64,000 bases of DNA, from positions 14,136,001-14,200,000 of the forward strand of contig CDPCPM010000013.1 of NCBI GenBank assembly GCA_976551045.1. The letters run 5' to 3'. Each line of letters opens with the position of its first letter. The first letter of the stretch is position 1. This DNA comes from Glaucostegus cemiculus. Taxonomy: Eukaryota. The notes beneath the pieces were generated by a model, which had not been told where the DNA came from, did not search any database, and saw only the letters and a list, made by a program, of their open reading frames with translations. Shown piece after piece: positions 37,725-51,060 of the stretch. The translations under genes were made by a program, and so were the position numbers.

Positions 37725-38760
37725 TTATCATCCAACCATGGCTAACAAGGGAAATTAGGGATAGTGTTAGATCCAAGGGGGTGATATATACATTGGCTGG
37801 AAAAAAAATTAGCAATCCTGAGAAGCAGAATCAATATAGAACTCAGCAATGAAAGACCAAGGAATCAATTAAGAGGGGGAAAATAGAGTAAAAGAGTAAG
37901 CTAGCAGTGAACATAAATCTGACTATGAGTGCCTCTGTAGATATGTGAAGTGAAAAATTAGTGAAGACAAATGAACAGTCAGAAACAGGGGAATTTACAA
38001 TGAGCATTAAAGAAATAGCAGACTACTTGAACAAATATTTTCCATTTTCACAAAGGTGTGCACAAATAGCCTCCAAGAAATTTTGGGTAACCTTGGCTCA
38101 GGTGAGAAGGAAGAACTAGAGGAAATCGGTATTAGTAGGGAAATGGTTTAGGGAAATTGGTGGAATTGAAGGCCAATAAGTCCCCAGGGCTCAATAGTCT
38201 ACGTCCCAGAGTACTTAAGGAAGTGGCCCTAGGAATAGTGGATGCGGTTTGGTCATCTTCCAACATTGTTTAGACTCTGGTCAGTTTCTATGGATTGGGA
38301 GGATGGCTAATGTAACCCCATTACTTAAAAAAAAAAAGAGGTAGAGGGGAAAAAAGTATGGAATTATAGACCAGTAGTGGTGAAATTGCTAGTTTGTTAT
38401 TAAAGATATAATAGCAAAGCATTTGAAAAACAGTGACAGGACTGGTCGAGGTCAGAATGGATTCATGAAAGGGGAATTATGCTCGACAAATTAACTACAA
38501 CTTCTTGAGGATGTAATTGGTAGAGAGGATAGGAGAGATCCAGTGGACATTGATGCATTTGAATTTGCAGGGGCTTTCGACAAGGTCCCACTTATGAGAG
38601 TGCCTAAATTATTAAACATATTCAAGAAATCAGATATCGCTCATGCCTAAAGAGATAAAGGGATTTAGGGAGAAAGCAGGAACAGGATGCTGATCAGTCA
38701 TGATCATATTGAATGATGGAGCAGTCTAAAGGGCCAAACAGCCGGCTGTTATTTTCTCTA
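37725..38760 (+). mobile_element. CR1 LINE ORF2 fragment with internal deletion and 3'UTR
   Basis: QPWLTREIRDS, KSPG...RVLKEVA, DWRMANVTPL.KK, NYRPV and AFDKVP motifs, then a jump at ~38600 to the 3' tail (gatcagtcatgatcatattgaatg). Confidence 0.9.
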
Positions 38761-38829
38761 TTTCTGTTGCTCCTGTGGAAGTAACTGCTTCCATTTGAGT
38801 ATCAGCCATATTGTAAACACTGCATCAGC

Positions 38830-39135
38830 AGGACATCCATCAATAAGACTGGAAATGGAGGTGGTGGTGTTGGTTGGGGAAGATTTAAGCTTTTGGAGGA
38901 TCAGATGACTGGAGGGGGGTTGCGAGGTGGGTAAATTCTTTGGTCTCTTAAATGGTAGAGAGGCTGTGTTACGTAGGCCTTCGAGAGTTTCTGCAAGTGC
39001 AGCATTGATGTAGGGTGCAGACTAGTGGGCAGCCTTGCCCTGAATAGTCTTGAGATTCCAGCTGTTTTTGGAGCTGCCCTTATTAAATCTAATGGAGAGT
39101 ATTTCATCACATTCCTGACTTGTGCCGTGAAGACT
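38830..39135 (-). mobile_element. CR1-clade LINE 3' ORF fragment
   Basis: ORF 38901-39110 MMKYSPLDLIRAAPKT resembles VMEYSPLAWMSAAPTTL. Confidence 0.6.
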
Positions 39136-39149
39136 GTTACAAGAATTTA

Positions 39150-39895
39150 CAAGTAAATAGAAACAGGAGTAGGTTACCAGGCTCCTGAAACCCTATCATT
39201 CACAGTTAGAATAGCCGATCTGCCCTAGGCCTCAACTCCTTTTCTGTGCCAATTCCCACCTCTATCTCTCAATGTTCCCCTACCTCCTCTTTAAATACCT
39301 CTGGTGGTCCAGCTTCCATATTCTCTGCAAGAGAAGTCCCCAGAGCTCAATAGTCTACATCCCGGATGTGCTATCTCCCATTAGTCTTCTCAGCCTTTAG
39401 AATCCACAGAATTGGAGTAGAAGCAAGACATACTTGATCCAGATGAACTAAGTTCAATTTTTGCAGCCTCTTCCAAGGCCGAAGGGTGAGTACTCTCTGT
39501 GCCACTCTCTGCAAGACAAAAGTTTTAAATGACCACCCTTTGATCTTATAACAATGTACTCTTTTCCACAACTCTCCCATGAGTGGAAACATCTCAACAT
39601 CTACCTGGCCATGCCTCCTTAGGATTTATGTTTAAATAGGATCTTTCCTCATTCTTCTAAATGCCAAAGAATGCTAGTGTAACTTTTCAGCTGTTTGCAG
39701 GACAACCATCTCATTGCAGAAATTAGCCTAGTGAATCTTTTCTAGACTGCCTCCAATGCTGTTTTGGAAACAAATAAGGTGACCAGAGCTGTTCACAGTA
39801 CAGCTCGACCAACAGAGCTGTACACAGTATGGCTCCACCAACATCTTGTACAATTGTAAAAATACTTCTCTTTTTTTAAATTTACAAACACAACA
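39150..39895 (-). mobile_element. CR1 LINE 3' part, interrupted by a templated insertion at 39334-39493
   Basis: ORFs MFPLMGEL..RVHCYKIKGWSFKT and KKREVFLQLYKMLVEPYCVQ; 3'UTR ggagtaggttaccaggctcctgaa. Confidence 0.85.
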
Positions 39896-39974
39896 AGCAT
39901 AAGTTAACATAGACTTAAATTAACATAAATTAAGTAAAAGATAAAAACAAATAAAGAAAAATTTCTGAGCTCTA

Positions 39975-40330
39975 TCATGCAGGGAGATTACCAGATGAAT
40001 AGAGAAAAAGATGGAAGTATGTGCTCAAAGCTTTCTCGAAGAAGTGCAGCATCCTCACCGACTATTTGGAATCTCTGGTTCATGACTGTTCAAAGTGAAG
40101 CATTAGGGATGGTTTTGAGAAGCTTGAGGCTTTACTTCAGGAGCACACAGAAACCTAGTGTAAGCAACAGAAGGAGCAGACCACTTCACAAACCATCCAC
40201 CCATCTCACCCATTGGCCACCTCCTGGCCCACTCTGCGGTTCCCATGTTGGCTTCCTAGTTGCCTCAGAACAAGCAAAGTTGGAAGCAAGTTCTCCACGA
40301 TTCTGAGGAAGTGTTCCTGAAGAAGGAGAA
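39975..40330 (+). mobile_element. RTE-clade LINE 3' end
   Basis: gtgctcaaagctttctcgaagaagtgcagcatcctcaccgac (VLKA..KKC.I.T) and tail ggaagcaagttctccacgattctgagga...cctgaagaag. Confidence 0.75.
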
Positions 40331-40619
40331 CTGCTTCTGATTGACCTTGTGGAATGGCATGCAGCTCTCAGTAAAGAGGAAGTCACCTCAAGATTACCAT
40401 GTACTTAACAAGTTCAATAATTAAGCAAGCTTTTCCTTCCCATTGCTGGGGAGTATCATCTCCAGATAAAAGATTGTTTTAGGAATATAGAGTAATCAGC
40501 ACCACTAAGCTGGAACAGTGGATAACACTTTAAAAAAAAGTCACACTGAAATCTAATTAATAAGTGCTAATTGTACTCACCCTTAGGCCTTGGAGGAGGC
40601 TGTAAAAATTGAACTTAGT

Positions 40620-41800
40620 TCATCTGGATCAAGTATGTCTTGCTTCAACTCCAATTCTGTGGATTCTAAAGGCTGAGAAGATTAATGGGAGGTAGCAGAC
40701 TCTGCCACAGGTAGAGGTTATGGGCGGTGATACTGGTGGAAAGTAAGATGGGAAATGGTGCACTTCTTCTGTGTGCAGTAGACGCCCACATATTTTTGAC
40801 AGGCACTTGAGATTCTCATTGCCATACCAATGTTCTTTCTGCATGTTGAGTGACCATGGGCCAGGGATTCCCACAAGTTGGTGGTGATGTTACACTTTTT
40901 CAAGGAGGCTTCGAGAATGTTCTTTAAACGTTTCATCTGACCTCCAGGTAATCTCATGCTGTGATAGAGCTTGAAGTAGAGACCATATTTGTGGAGTTTG
41001 GTATTGAGCATGTGGGTGATATGGCTTGTCCATCAGAACTGGCCGATAGAAAATAATTGTTGGGGGTGTTGTCTTGAAGATGCTGAGATTGGTTGACTTA
41101 TCCTGCTGGTGGATTTGGAGGATTTTGTGGATGCAGAATTGGTAGGATTTTTCCAGCATTTGAGGTGCTTGCTGTAATTAGTCCATGCGTCAGCAGCATT
41201 TAGGAGGGTGAGGGACCCTTGCTGCATGCTAGACCATAAGCTTTGGGCTGCATTTGAAGACTTGATCTTTAAATATTCTTTTCCTCAGATGGCCAAAGAC
41301 TCTGCTGGTGCATTGAAAACTATTGCAAATTTCATCATCAATTTCTGCCTTCATTGAGAGCTAGCATCTAAGAAATGAGAAGTGGTCAGTGTTCTCCAGG
41401 GTCACACTGTGGATCTTTATTTACTGTTAGAGGACTATATTATAAACAGGAATAGCTTGGTCAAGGACTTTTTTCTCATGGATATTAAATGTAAGGCCCT
41501 TTCTGTCATGTGCTTCAGTCATACATGTCAACGATCACAAATGTGCACATGCACAAGTGTTGTCAGTATGCAGCAGTTTGATGTAATTGTTGGAGACATT
41601 TGGGCTCTAGGATGAAGGTGATATAGGATGAGCCTGTAGATTAGCTCCACTCAACAGGAAGCTTATGTACTTCAAAAATGTTGCAGCAAGAACAATGAAG
41701 AAAGTTGATGCAGCTTTGCTGAGCATATATCTCCACTGAGATTGAGTTTGTTGTGGATCCATTAGTTAGAAACATGATTTGCATGCCATCAGATAGCAGG
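40620..41800 (-). mobile_element. RTE-clade LINE, RT C-terminal part to 3' end
   Basis: ORFs LEKSYQFCIHKILQIHQQD, RLPGGQMKRLKNILEASLKKCNI...WESLAH and DGMQIMFLTNGSTT. Confidence 0.85.
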
Positions 41801-41899
41801 AAGGGGTAGTGGGGGTGAGGATGGCATAGTGGGGTGAAAAGGGGTTGGTGGGAGTGAGGAAGGGGCGGTGAGAATTCATCTGTATCCAACATCTGCTAT

Positions 41900-42985
41900 T
41901 CCTGAAGACAGCCAAACTTGAGAAGGATACTCCACAGTCACTCTTGATTGACCTTGGTCAAAGGGAAATTTGTATAGTGCCTGCAGAATGCCCATTTTGC
42001 CCGGATTGTTCTGAAGTCCACTGTAATTAGAGACTCATGGCTCCTCCAAAGAAAACACCAGGACTGGTTTGATTAGAATGACTTGAATATTCAGCAGCTA
42101 ATGAACAGCAGATGCAAGGCATTCTTCAACTGAAACTTCCATCTTGATTTATGGGAAGAGAAATATCTTCACAAGGACTTGAACATCAAGATCTACCAGA
42201 GAACAAGCGACTTAAAAACATCTGGTGGGTGGAAAGAGTGCAGGAGATCTAGCTACTTGCAGATAGCCATGACATTCTCAGATTCTTCAGCACCAACAAG
42301 GCAATCAATGACCCAAGTACCTAAGGGGTCTCTGCTAAGTGTCAGGAACAAAAGAGATCTTATCAGTGAGAGAGAGAGAATCAGCTCCTGTTGGAAGGAG
42401 AATTTCAAAGAACTTCCCATCCATGACTCTTTCAGAATCAGGTTTATTATCACAGACATGTTGTGAAATGTGTTGTTTTGCAGCAGCAGTACATAAAGAC
42501 ATAAAAATTTCTGTAAATTACCAATAAATAAAATAGTGCAAAAGAGGAATAATGGGGTAGGATTCATAGATCGTTCAGAAATCTGATGGTGGAGGGGAAG
42601 AAGCTGTTCCTGAAATGTTGAATGTGGGTCTTCAGGCTCCTGTACCTCCTCCCCAATGGTAGTAACAAGAAGAGGGCATGTCCCAGATGGTCAGGATCCT
42701 TAATGATGGATGCTGCCTTCTTGAGGCACTGCCTCTTGAAGATGTCCTCGATGGTGGGGAAGGTTGCCCCTGTGATGGAGCTGGCTGAGTCTCTAACCCT
42801 CTGCAGCATCTTTCGTTCCTGCACATTGGAACCTCCATACCAGGCGACGATGCAACCAGTGATGCTTTACGTGGGTATCCTTGACTCGACCTACAGCACC
42901 TATCCAGTCCACTTACTCTTGCACTCCAGATCAGCAAGGAGTTGAAAAGGCCATATTTCAATTGAATGGAAAAGGTGAACAAAGG
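41900..42985 (+). mobile_element. RTE-clade LINE upstream ORF fragment, split by a Rex1 insertion
   Basis: RTSDLK..WW, LISERERISSCWKENFKEL, and after the Rex1 gagttgaaaaggccatatttcaattgaat (VEKAI.QL). Confidence 0.7.
42432..42860 (-). mobile_element. Rex1/Babar LINE 3' end
   Basis: ORF 42564-42824 RKMLQRV..SA..ITG...P.IEDIF..QCLKKAASIIKDPDHLGHALF.LLP.GRRYRSLKT....RNSFFP..IR.LN; tail aataaacctgattctga. Confidence 0.92.
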
Positions 42986-43914
42986 GAGAGAGAACTGTTA
43001 GGAGTGGGAAAGGAACACAGTGGGTGTGGGTCAGTGGTTCCTAAATTACAGCCAAAGCTTGAGCCACTAAAGAGTTTTATTTTGTGTGTTCCTGAATGAA
43101 TTGTTAAGCAAAGAATCATCAACTTATTTTGAATCACTCAAATTAAAAGGTTTTGTGAGGCACGAGTCACTATGTATAAGCTCCATTTGTTCTTTACTGC
43201 TTCATTATACATACATGAGATCATGTTCTGTAACTGGTACAGGATTTGTTGTATTGATTTTTTTGTAGTTCCGTTGAACCTCTGTTACCTTTTAACATTT
43301 CTAACATAATTTTAAGTTGTGGGGGGATATGGAAGTGTGCCCTGAAGCTTTGCACCTTTCACACAAACAGCTGTGGAAGCCTTTGTGAACAGAAGACAAC
43401 ATTCCTTTCTCACTCCCACTCGTTTTGTGAGGTTCTTGAACTTCCTTCCTGTTTCCGTTTTTACAGTTTGTGTATTTCCTCACATCCGGCATCAAAGGAT
43501 GTTTTGTCCCTTTTTTGGTGTTGGTTAGTTTATATGCCATAGAGATAATGTTTCTGCTGGAGGAGATTTCACGGGTCTCAACTATGACACACACTGTTTA
43601 TAGGGACTTGCTGTACATTCAAATGTAAGCTTATTTGCTTTATTAGAACAAAGAAACAGTGAATCTGGATGCACTCACTGCCTGTTAAATTATCAAATCT
43701 CACAAATTGTCTTTTAAGTGTAAAAGTATTAGCATTGAGGTAAGCTTAAACCTTATTAATTTTTTATGGCATTCACCAACCATAACCACGATTGTGCTGT
43801 GGGTGGAAATTTGACTCTGTATCCTTTTCTCTCTGCTTTTACCATCCCCCTCCAGCATTTTATATGTCAGCAGTGGACTCCACTGCAGCCACAGCAGCCT
43901 GTACTCATTAAAGC

Positions 43915-45700
43915 TCCTTTTAATGTAAATAGACATCCCAAAAGTATTTCATTGAGGTGTAAAGAAACATTTGCTGCTGAGTCGCAGAAGGAAAGTTTAG
44001 TAAGAGTGACCAAAAGTGCCTTCAAAGTGGTGGCTTTAAATGGGATATTGACAGAAGTGAGGGAAATTGGAAAATGTAAGGGTTTAGAAAATAATTACAG
44101 AACGTCGGTTTGGGCATCTGAGGGTACAGCTGTTGATGGTAGTGAAGGAAGGGGACTGAAGAGTAAGCGAGAGGGTCATGTGGCGGAAAGTGATTTGAGG
44201 GGTATGAGACTCCAGAGTGATGTAATTGCATGCAGAATCATTTTAAAATTGAGGCATTATGGAACAATGAACTGATGTACATAGAGAGGGACGGGAAATG
44301 TGTGGATAGGACGTGATGAAAAAAGGTATAAATAGCAGAGTAATAGGGGCAATAAACAAATTAATGAGGATTTCAGTAACAGGCAGAGCCAGAGATGGAG
44401 TGGGATGATTATGGGGGAATGGAGGAGAAACTATTTGAAATGACACTCTGGAGTTAAATAGGACTCTGACTGTCTATTTCAGCTCATGATAATGGAAAAG
44501 ATGAGAACTGAGACACAGTTAGAGTTGTTAAATATTTTAGCGGCTCTAGCAATGCAACGGTATTGGTTTTGCAAGTGCTTAAATGGGTGAAGTTGTGACT
44601 CATTCAAAACTAAAAACTGGATACACAGCGCAAAGATATTTCAAGAGTTGGGAACAAAGTGGATGGAATTTAACTCCATATTGGTAAGAGATTGCCTCTA
44701 CGTGAGGAAGCTGAGGGAAACAAAATGGTTTGATTTTATGCTGATTTGATGTTGGAGATTGGGAAGAGAAGGCATTAATAGCTGTATTATGCTCGTACAA
44801 TGAAGATAAGAATCACGAGGGCAAATCCAGTTAGCAGGACAGGAGAGGAAAGAGGGTTGGACAGTGGTAGTGCGGGCAAAAGCATTTGAAGTTGCAAAAA
44901 AGGTACAAGTGAGCTTGAGGCACAGGGAACATCTGTGAATCAACATTTCATTTAGGGAGAACAAAGGGAAGTTGGAGACAGGATGGTAATAAAGAAATTG
45001 TGGTGGTGAGTTGGTTTTTTGAATAAGTGAAGGTTTACATCAGTTTTTAAAGGGAGAAGAGAGTGCCTGTCAGGATGGAACCATTCACAACATTAGTTGG
45101 CACTGGTTTCCAAAAAGGAAAGATGAATTAGAGTGGAGTTGATACAGTAGGAAGTTGACCTCAAGGATGAGGTGAAGTTAGGAAAAGCATGGGAAGAGGT
45201 GGGAGAGAAATGAGGGAAAGTTTGAGAATGAAAGGCCAGGGTATGAGGAAAATGCTTGGGAGATTTGTTTTGGTAGAGAAGAGGAAGCAACTGAAGCAGC
45301 TGAATAAATGAGTACAATCTTGATATTGGCAATGATGTGTTATCCCTTGTATGCCAACATGAGGATGGTGAGACAGAGGCTAGAGAAAATTGGCAAGAAA
45401 AGATGCCACAGCTTAGCTTTGCCATCCAGGATGTTTCTGGAGTAATGGTTAGTTGTGGCTGATGGGAGAGAATCCTATTTGATGTGTCCGAATCTAATCC
45501 GCCATTTGTTGGTCTACTCATGTTTGTGCCCTGTGAACAAAAATGGGGATCGTGACGGGCTGCTCAGTTTGCTGAAGATGTGAGCATTGAAGTGAAGGTG
45601 GGAGAGTGACTGAACAAATTAAAAGCTGCTGGAGTATAAGTGAGTGAAGATTGGAAGTCTACTGTTTTCTCAGTATTTCCACTGTGGAAAATGCTTATCA
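43915..45700 (-). mobile_element. L2 LINE, long decayed fragment
   Basis: Reverse frame LALPVTEILINLFIAP resembles L2 LS..AAETLIHAFVTS; purine-rich + strand; L2-type 3' end at ~43920-44130. Confidence 0.6.
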
Positions 45701-48700
45701 TCTGTGTGAAGGAAATATAATAAGGAGCTGGCTCTAGAATTATATTTTTGTAAGAAATTCTTTTAGAAGGAAACAGGCAAGTTGTTGTCAATGCACTGAA
45801 AACTCATCTTGTATCTGAAGCTTCTCTTGTATTATACAAGAGCAATGGTGGCATGTTCAGTCCCAGAGGTAAAGATCAGGTGCAACCTAAACTATTGGCT
45901 ACCTGGGTTACTAAATCATCCTTTTGTGTAATTACTGGGTCAATGTCAGTAAATCTTGACAGGTTTACCCTGGCGATCACAGCTGGATTGTATGGCCTTT
46001 GCCTCATGGTGCTGGTATGAGTAGTACTTTCAAAGATACTAAGTCAGCTAAGTAATATATAAATATCTATAGTGGATGTTATCAGGCTGATTTACTGCAG
46101 TGTGTATCACTGCCAGACGTGTTCCTATCCCCTGTCATGTTTCCACAATATGAAGAAATCTAAAGTGAAAATGCTACATGAATCCAGTTCATCTTCTGAG
46201 CCCAAGGATAAAGAGGCTAATTATGGCATTTCAAGATCTGCAAATTGTAGCATTGTCTGGGAGTCGAAAGGCAGCTTTACCTTTCTTGTAAGTGTGTTTG
46301 TTTGGTTAACCTAGTACATACATAGTCAATTCAAAATCTATTAGGTAGTCCCTTCCTACTCTAGCCCTTAACCCCAATCCTTGTCCCATTTCTTTCTCAT
46401 TTCCTCCCATGCTCTTTCCGACCTCATTTGGTTTCTGCTCAACCAACTGATTTCTCTAGTATCCGGCACATCATGTGTTATGCTTCAGTTACCAGCTCAT
46501 CTCCATTAACAACATGCATTTCTGTTAAAGTATGATGTAACTAAAGACGGGAAGTAGTTTTTTGTAAATCCATCTGGGAACAAGCATCTAGAGCTGTGGA
46601 ATTGAATTCTGTAAGCTTTTTGAATTGGTTTCTTCTGTATGACTGACCTAATAGCATTGTAAATCATTGCAACAAACCTTACTCTGTTTTGCAGGAAGTG
46701 TTTGCAACATGAACTTCCTTTTCTCCATACCACAGTCAGGCTTTCACTATGGAGCAAAGGTGGATGCCTAATTTAAAAAATACAAAGCAACCGTTTAACT
46801 CAATCTGTCCAGAAACTAACTGTAATGGATAGTGACCATTCATAGCTTACACATGTGCTTCAGGCTTTGTTAACTTTTGAAAGACATCATCTTGGTGAAG
46901 GTATTGGGCAGAATTTGGCTTTTATGCAGAAAAAGAAAGCAGAATGTTTTAATCAGACCAAAATATATTCCCAAGCTATTTTCGTGTGATGAATATTAGA
47001 AATAATGACATTGGTCTCCACAAATCATTAGGTTTTTTAACTTTCTCGGAGTGCTAAATAATTGGAATGACTCATTATTCTGACGTATGTTGTCAAAGTG
47101 TCAAGCTATGCTTAAGCAGACTGGAATAATGATTTGTCAAAGAAGCTACTGATCGAGGCATGTACTGTTACTGTGGTTATTGATGGGGTCATTCTTCAGT
47201 ATATCGGGTGTTGTTGGTGTCCCATGTGCCAGTCCTCTTGAATGAACAAATAAACTGTTCAAAGATTTTTCAGTAAGGTTTCAATAATGCTTTAGTTTCA
47301 TTTGTAACAAATGTGTTTCATTAAGTTGAGTCACAAATATCCCAAATGGCTCACACAGAATGTACTATTTTGTTATATTATTTAAAACTGTAGCAGCTCT
47401 GCAACTAAATCATTTCACATCAGACAACTCCTGTACTTACAATAGTTCAGTTGTAGCCAATAATCATAACCAGAAGAGTCAGCATTTGGAAATTGTCAGG
47501 AGTCTTGCATTTAATCTAGCACACTTGATTGGCCAAATAGCCTCATATTGTGCCACAACAATTCTATATGGTGCTGTTCACAGCCCTGGGATGTCCCCTT
47601 GAACTTTATAGTTAGTGAAGTGCTTTTGAATTCCAATCATTGCTATGAACCAAGAAGTAGTGTCAGTGGTGGAGCAGAAAATAGTCAAGAGAGTCCTCTT
47701 CATGGAATATTGTGAAAATGCATTAAGGTGTGCTGTGCTAATCCATGAAGTGTCTATTCACAATCTGTTCTGGGTTAGATAATATCAGTTGTAGATGTTG
47801 GGAAACAGTGGTTAGCTTTAGTGATTTTATAGGATTAGGGGAAAAGCATTTCTGGTTCTTGAAGCTCGTCTCCAGAAATCCCTGGCGTAAAGAGTACCCA
47901 TATGGATGTTGGTTAAGCACAGAATCAGAGTTGGTTGTGATTCTTCACATTGTCAATAGTTTTTGGCATTTCCCTTCAAACCTCTTCTAGGTGTTTGGAT
48001 CTATGCCACCAGATCTGGGAATTGTTGCATTTAAAAAGGGTAGAAGTATGAGGAAATATGTGGCTTTTGTTAATGGCTGAGCTGATGATATGAACACACA
48101 GGCTTCCTAGAGTAACTTTCATTCCTTGTGAATCTTGCGTTTGTAGCTAGTTGGTTCAGTGACCAAGTTGACTTGGTATTCTGCCACATATCCCTCGATG
48201 GGTTTTTGCCTTTCAGAGCATGTTGCATGATGCTTATACTACAGATTCCAGCTTTGTGAACACACTAATTATCAATGAGAGCAGAAATCTTCTCGAAAAC
48301 AGGGTCACATTTTCAATAGTTAAATAGATTGACAATTAAGCCCATTCTTGTAATAACCACACCATCTTCTTACAGACAATGTTTTATTTTTAACAGCCTG
48401 CTTGCTGTTTAATTAAACGGCGACATTAGCTTCAGTACAAATTAATATCTGGAAAAATGCAAATAGGTTGCTGAATCAAAATTGCCTGTTTTACACAAAT
48501 GCCCAGTTGAAATTATATGCAACCTCTTAGTCAAATAAATATTTAAAAATTAATTTTTAGGCTTTTTTGGACAGGTCTTATTTCATCACAGTTATTGACG
48601 AGATACTTGCAAGTACCACATTAATCATCTCAAGGAAGTAATCATACAGTGCATTTAAAATAAAATTATAAGCATGCTGTGTCTTTGTAACAGATGATCC

Positions 48701-49489
48701 AAATTTTTTAAATGCAGTCGTTGTGGTGATTCACTACAAATGGCTATTTTGAAGATATTATTTTTAGACATGGTAGCTTTAGCAGTACAGCTGATGAACA
48801 ATGGAGTAGTATTCTGTCTGCCCTTCTGCCAATACAATGAAAGCTGTCAGTTTGTGGATCCAATCACAAGTAATATGTCTGATACTAATGCTGCTTTAGC
48901 ACTACAGTTAGAAATTAACACAGTGGCTCCTGTCTTTCCTAACTTTCTTATATGATCATTTTATATTTTTAGAACAGCATAATCAGATATTTATCTGAAG
49001 ATTTGTTTCTGTGCCATTCTTTCTGATAACAGAACAATTTAATCACCAATTTTAAATGCAAGTTAAATAGCCCCTTGTAATATAAATCAACAGAAACAGA
49101 AGTCTAACTGATTGATTTGATTTATCATACTAACATGAATCTAAGTTGTTAGGAAATGGGAATGTTGCAAAGGGACTCTCCAATTTCATGCTACTTCCCT
49201 CTGCCCCTTTAAATTCTTGGTTGCTGAAGTGGAGCCTATAACTAAGTAAATTTAATTATGAACTGTTAGGTTTCCAAATACATTTGGAGGTCAATGCTTC
49301 CCAGTCATAGACTTGCCCCTAGTCTCCTTCCCTTTACAGAGTATAGTTTATACCAGCTAAAAGCAAATAATTTGTGAGTAACTTGTATGTAAAGTTTCAG
49401 GAAACTTGCATTTGCTCATTTTTTTAAATATGGGTTTTAAATTCTGCACTATTCATTCATTTGAGATTATGTGAATCTTTACCTGTTAA

Positions 49490-49775
49490 TCTGAGTCACT
49501 GGTAGAACTCTTCACTCAGTTTGAAAGCTGCATGCAGAGGTTTGAGATTATAATTTTGGCCACCGTGCAGTACTGAGAAAAAGGTGCATTGTCTTTTGAT
49601 GGAGACTTTAAATCTAGGCTTTGTGTATTTGTTCAGGTAGATTCAGTGTACATTTGAGGAGGAACAGGGGAATTCTTCTGTTGCCGGGCCCCACATTTAT
49701 TTCTTGGCAACATTAAGGAAAACTGGGTACCTAGTACTCATTGCTGTTTGTGAGGTTTGCTACACCCAAATTAGT
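49490..49775 (+). mobile_element. DeuSINE (SacSINE1-like), near full length
   Basis: gtgcagtactgag...gtcttttgatggagactttaaa...gaggaacaggggaattc...ctcattgctgtttgtgagg. Confidence 0.65.
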
Positions 49776-49919
49776 CATCATGTTTGATCACATCATAATG
49801 GTGATTGCATATACAAAAGAAACAACTCTTTGATATTGTCTGGGTCATTTTTGTTGCTGCAATCAATCGTGACTTTGGCAGTCTTCCACACCAGATTTCG
49901 AAGCACAGCCCTTCACTTA

Positions 49920-50240
49920 AGGATCTAAATGAAATAGGTGGTAGGAAATCTTTTCCCCTCGCAGCAGTACCTAAAACTAGAGGGCACAGGTTTAGGTTAA
50001 GGGACAAGAGGTTTAAAGGGGATCTGAGGAAAACCCTTTTCATCCAGAGAGTGGATAGAATATGGAACATGCTCCCGGAGTGGATAGTAGAGGCAGGTAC
50101 TGTCACAAGTTTTAAGAAACATCTAAACGAGCACTTGAATTGCCAAAGCATAAAAGGCTGCAGACCAGGTGCTGGTCAATACTTGATGGTTGGCATGGAC
50201 ATGTTGGGCTAAAAGGTTTGTTTCTGTGCTCTGTGGCTCT
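49920..50240 (+). mobile_element. CR1 LINE 3' end
   Basis: ORF 49805-50212 FPLAAVPKTRGHRFRLRDKRFKGDLRKTLFIQRV..IWN.LPE..VEAGT...FKKHL; tail ggcatggacatgttgggctaaaagg. Confidence 0.92.
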
Positions 50241-50964
50241 AACACTTCACCGTTGTTCATGCACTGCAGAGAAACTTCGCTGTCACTTAGACTTCCATAT
50301 CCTGCAGCTGTGGAATTGATGAGTTTGGATCTTCCAAGCATGAAAAGTTCCTTGTACCATGGTGGGCAATTTTAGGACCTTGGACAGGTGAGGGAGAGAG
50401 CAAGAATTTCAAAGATCAGGAACAAAACCAGTTTTGTTAGTTTTAGCAAGATGGTATTGTAATTTGTTAATTTAACCTTGGTGGGTCAAATAATTTATGT
50501 TTGGTAATAGAATCCAGAACAGGAGAATTGTAGAGTAAAAAGATTGTGTGCCTCAAATGTTTGCATACTTTCAGGTTTAAATATTGTGGGCTGTGTCTTT
50601 GGGGCTTGGAAAACTTTGCAGGTGAATGGAGAGAGACCAGATCTTGGGAGGTATATTTTGAAACTATAATTAAATTGTACCTGCTAGTATTTCTTCAGAA
50701 GATCACAGCCATTTCTGGTATCTATTTACATCTGACACCAGCATGGACACAACGGGGATTACATGCTTTAATTTCTGTTATAGATATTGCAGTTAGTAAA
50801 ATCAAAAACAAAAATAAAGGGCATAAAATGTGCAATTGGGGCATTTTCATTTATAGCTAAGTGAGTCAGGTTTCAGAATTTCAGAGCGTATAGTCAAGAC
50901 TATTAAAAGGAGTTTGTTTCTTCTTAGGCAGTCCCCAGTGCTGGGTGGTTAGAGGGTTATCCTC

Positions 50965-51060
50965 TGATTAAAGCGAGGCCCCATCTGCCTTTTCTCATGG
51001 TTCAGGTGAATGTTAAAGATCCCATGGCAACATTCAAAAAGAGCATTGTTCCTGAAAACA
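50965..51060 (+). mobile_element. DeuSINE fragment
   Basis: taaagcgaggccccatctgcc...caggtgaatgttaaagatcccatggcaacattcaaaaagagc. Confidence 0.6.

Noticed and set aside
43766-44275. 169-aa plus-strand ORF
   Set aside because: Antisense to a decayed L2 3' end, with no protein similarity recognised
48768-48870. Possible exon MVALAVQLMNNGVVFCLPFCQYNESCQFVDPIT
   Set aside because: Weak splice sites and no recognisable homology
50308-50387. 80-nt exon candidate CGIDEFGSSKHEKFLVPWWAILGPWT with donor CAG|GTGAGG
   Set aside because: The resemblance to the APP CGID motif does not extend further; modest acceptor; no partner exons found
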